Below are positions 62,936 to 64,000 of a DNA stretch of 64,000 nucleotides, piece by piece. The position numbers and the translations under genes are program-made. Source of the DNA: Candidatus Binataceae bacterium (GTDB lineage: Bacteria; Desulfobacterota; Binatia; Binatales; Binataceae); NCBI GenBank assembly GCA_035295545.1, contig DATGIT010000009.1:140823-204822 (forward strand), in the 5' to 3' direction. The first letter of the stretch is position 1. The number at the start of each line of letters is the position of its first letter. Under the pieces are notes generated by a model that saw nothing but the letters and a program-made list of their open reading frames with translations, did not search any database and was not told where the DNA came from.

Positions 62936-64000
62936 ATGACCTCATTTTTTGCGCGACGTACGCGGCTCCTGATCGGCCTTGCGGGAATGCTCGGGTTGCT
63001 CCTCCATGGCGCGGACGTTCAGGCGGGTCCAAAAGCGCAGCAGCCGAAGATGCCAACGGAGCAACAGTTTTTGCAGAACCAGTTGCGCACGCTGCGTCCT
63101 CAGCGCAAAACGACCTCTCTTCCGGTGAACATCGAGGGGCAGAGCCTGGTTCATGACGCGAAAACCGACACTTATATCGTTACCGGAGCAGCCAGGCTGG
63201 AACAGGGACCGACGACCATCACCGCAGACCAGATCACGCTGCAGCATCGTTATCTCGGCACGGCGACCGGCAACGTTCACGTGGTCGATCCGAGTTCCGA
63301 CATACATTCGAGCAAAGCCTGGTTCAACTTGCGGGAGGAAACGGCGAGACTGGCCGACGCGCGAATACTCGCGCTCGGCAACAACTACTACTTGACGGCC
63401 AAGGATCTGCACAAATCGACCGGTCAGCGCTATCACGCGAGCGATGCATCGATCACAACGTGCACCGGCGACACGGCACGGCCCGATTGGAGCATTTCCG
63501 CGCGGCAGATAGACGTCCATCTGAACGGCATGGCCAAGGCGCGTGACGCCTACTTCGACGTGCTCGGACGTCCTGTGGTCCCCGTCCCGTTCGTTGAGAT
63601 TAACACCAATAACGAGCGGCACAGCGGGTTTTTGACGCCGCGCTACGGCTATTCGAGCCTGAACGGCGGAGTCTACGAGCAGCCGTACTTTCTCGACATC
63701 AATCGAAGCCAGGACATGACCGCGCAACTCGACGTCGAGACTTCGACGCGCGTCGGCGGACAGCTCGAGTACCGCCTGGTCAACGGCGAAGAGGACCATA
63801 TCTTCGTCACCGGCAGCTACTTCAACGAAGCTATCCGATCGGAGGCGAACCGGCAGAGCGACCTGGTTGATCCGCAAATTGCCAATCCGAACATTCCCAT
63901 CAATCGCTGGGGCTTCGTCGGCCTCGCGCAGCAGTATCTGACGCCGAGCCTCTTCGCCTATGCGAATCTGTTCTACGGCAGCGACAGCTTATTCTTCAGG
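62936..64000 (+). CDS. lptD: LPS-assembly protein LptD (OstA family), N-terminal part; gene continues beyond the window
   Basis: Forward translation from ATG at 62936: MTSFFARRTRLLIGLAGMLGLLLHG (signal peptide) ...VHDAKTDTYIVTGAARLEQGPTTITADQITLQHRYLGTATGNVHVVDPSSDIHSSKAWFNLREETARL (OstA-like N-domain) ...YFDVLGRPVVPVPFVEINTNNERHSGFLTPRYGYSSLNGGVYEQPYFLDIN (start of the beta-barrel). No stop before position 64000, so it is absent from the ORF track. Confidence 0.8.
   Translation, partial: MTSFFARRTRLLIGLAGMLGLLLHGADVQAGPKAQQPKMPTEQQFLQNQLRTLRPQRKTTSLPVNIEGQSLVHDAKTDTYIVTGAARLEQGPTTITADQITLQHRYLGTATGNVHVVDPSSDIHSSKAWFNLREETARLADARILALGNNYYLTAKDLHKSTGQRYHASDASITTCTGDTARPDWSISARQIDVHLNGMAKARDAYFDVLGRPVVPVPFVEINTNNERHSGFLTPRYGYSSLNGGVYEQPYFLDINRSQDMTAQLDVETSTRVGGQLEYRLVNGEEDHIFVTGSYFNEAIRSEANRQSDLVDPQIANPNIPINRWGFVGLAQQYLTPSLFAYANLFYGSDSLFFR

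Overview
This is a high-GC (~67%) bacterial chromosomal segment; the lineage cannot be assigned from sequence alone. It is dense with housekeeping and metabolic genes plus several lower-GC accessory patches.

The most notable content is a selenium-utilisation signature.
- The 5' end of the window carries the N-terminal ~240 codons of selA (Sec synthase) on the minus strand, running off position 1.
- Two genes are interrupted by a single in-frame TGA exactly at the redox-active residue of a known CxxC/CxxU motif, and each is followed 10-12 nt later by a strong stem-loop of the kind expected for a bacterial SECIS element.
- The first is an AhpD-like peroxidase-related enzyme (15378-15989, +), which a six-frame scan splits into two ORFs.
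- The second is a SelW/Rdx-like protein (23500-23835, -), apparently co-transcribed with a pyruvoyl-dependent arginine decarboxylase.

Other recognisable content:
- ribBA with a catalytically degenerate GTP cyclohydrolase II half.
- dsbD.
- gyrB-gyrA preceded by an unusual ~470 bp AT-rich leader.
- Tandem double-hotdog MaoC paralogs followed by a class III alcohol dehydrogenase (frmA/adhC).
- cbiA-cobQ next to a chlorite-dismutase-family (HemQ/ChdC-like) gene.
- A minus-strand operon pccB-accC-BCCP-methylmalonyl-CoA mutase catalytic subunit.
- A cytochrome P450, an enoyl-CoA hydratase and a DUF192 protein clustered together.
- Two luciferase-like oxidoreductases, a GST and an SDR.
- A six-gene minus-strand accessory cluster: CE4 polysaccharide deacetylase, FkbH-like HAD protein, hexapeptide acyltransferase, ACP, CE4-like 596-aa protein, TylF-like methyltransferase.
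- A 1401-aa CheB-CheR-PAS-GAF-histidine kinase-receiver fusion.
- Two MFS transporters and a SatP/YaaH acetate permease.
- A sigma-54 activator.
- The start of lptD at the 3' end.

No rRNA, tRNA or CRISPR array was detected by eye. Many long ORFs in the six-frame track are antisense artefacts of high GC content.
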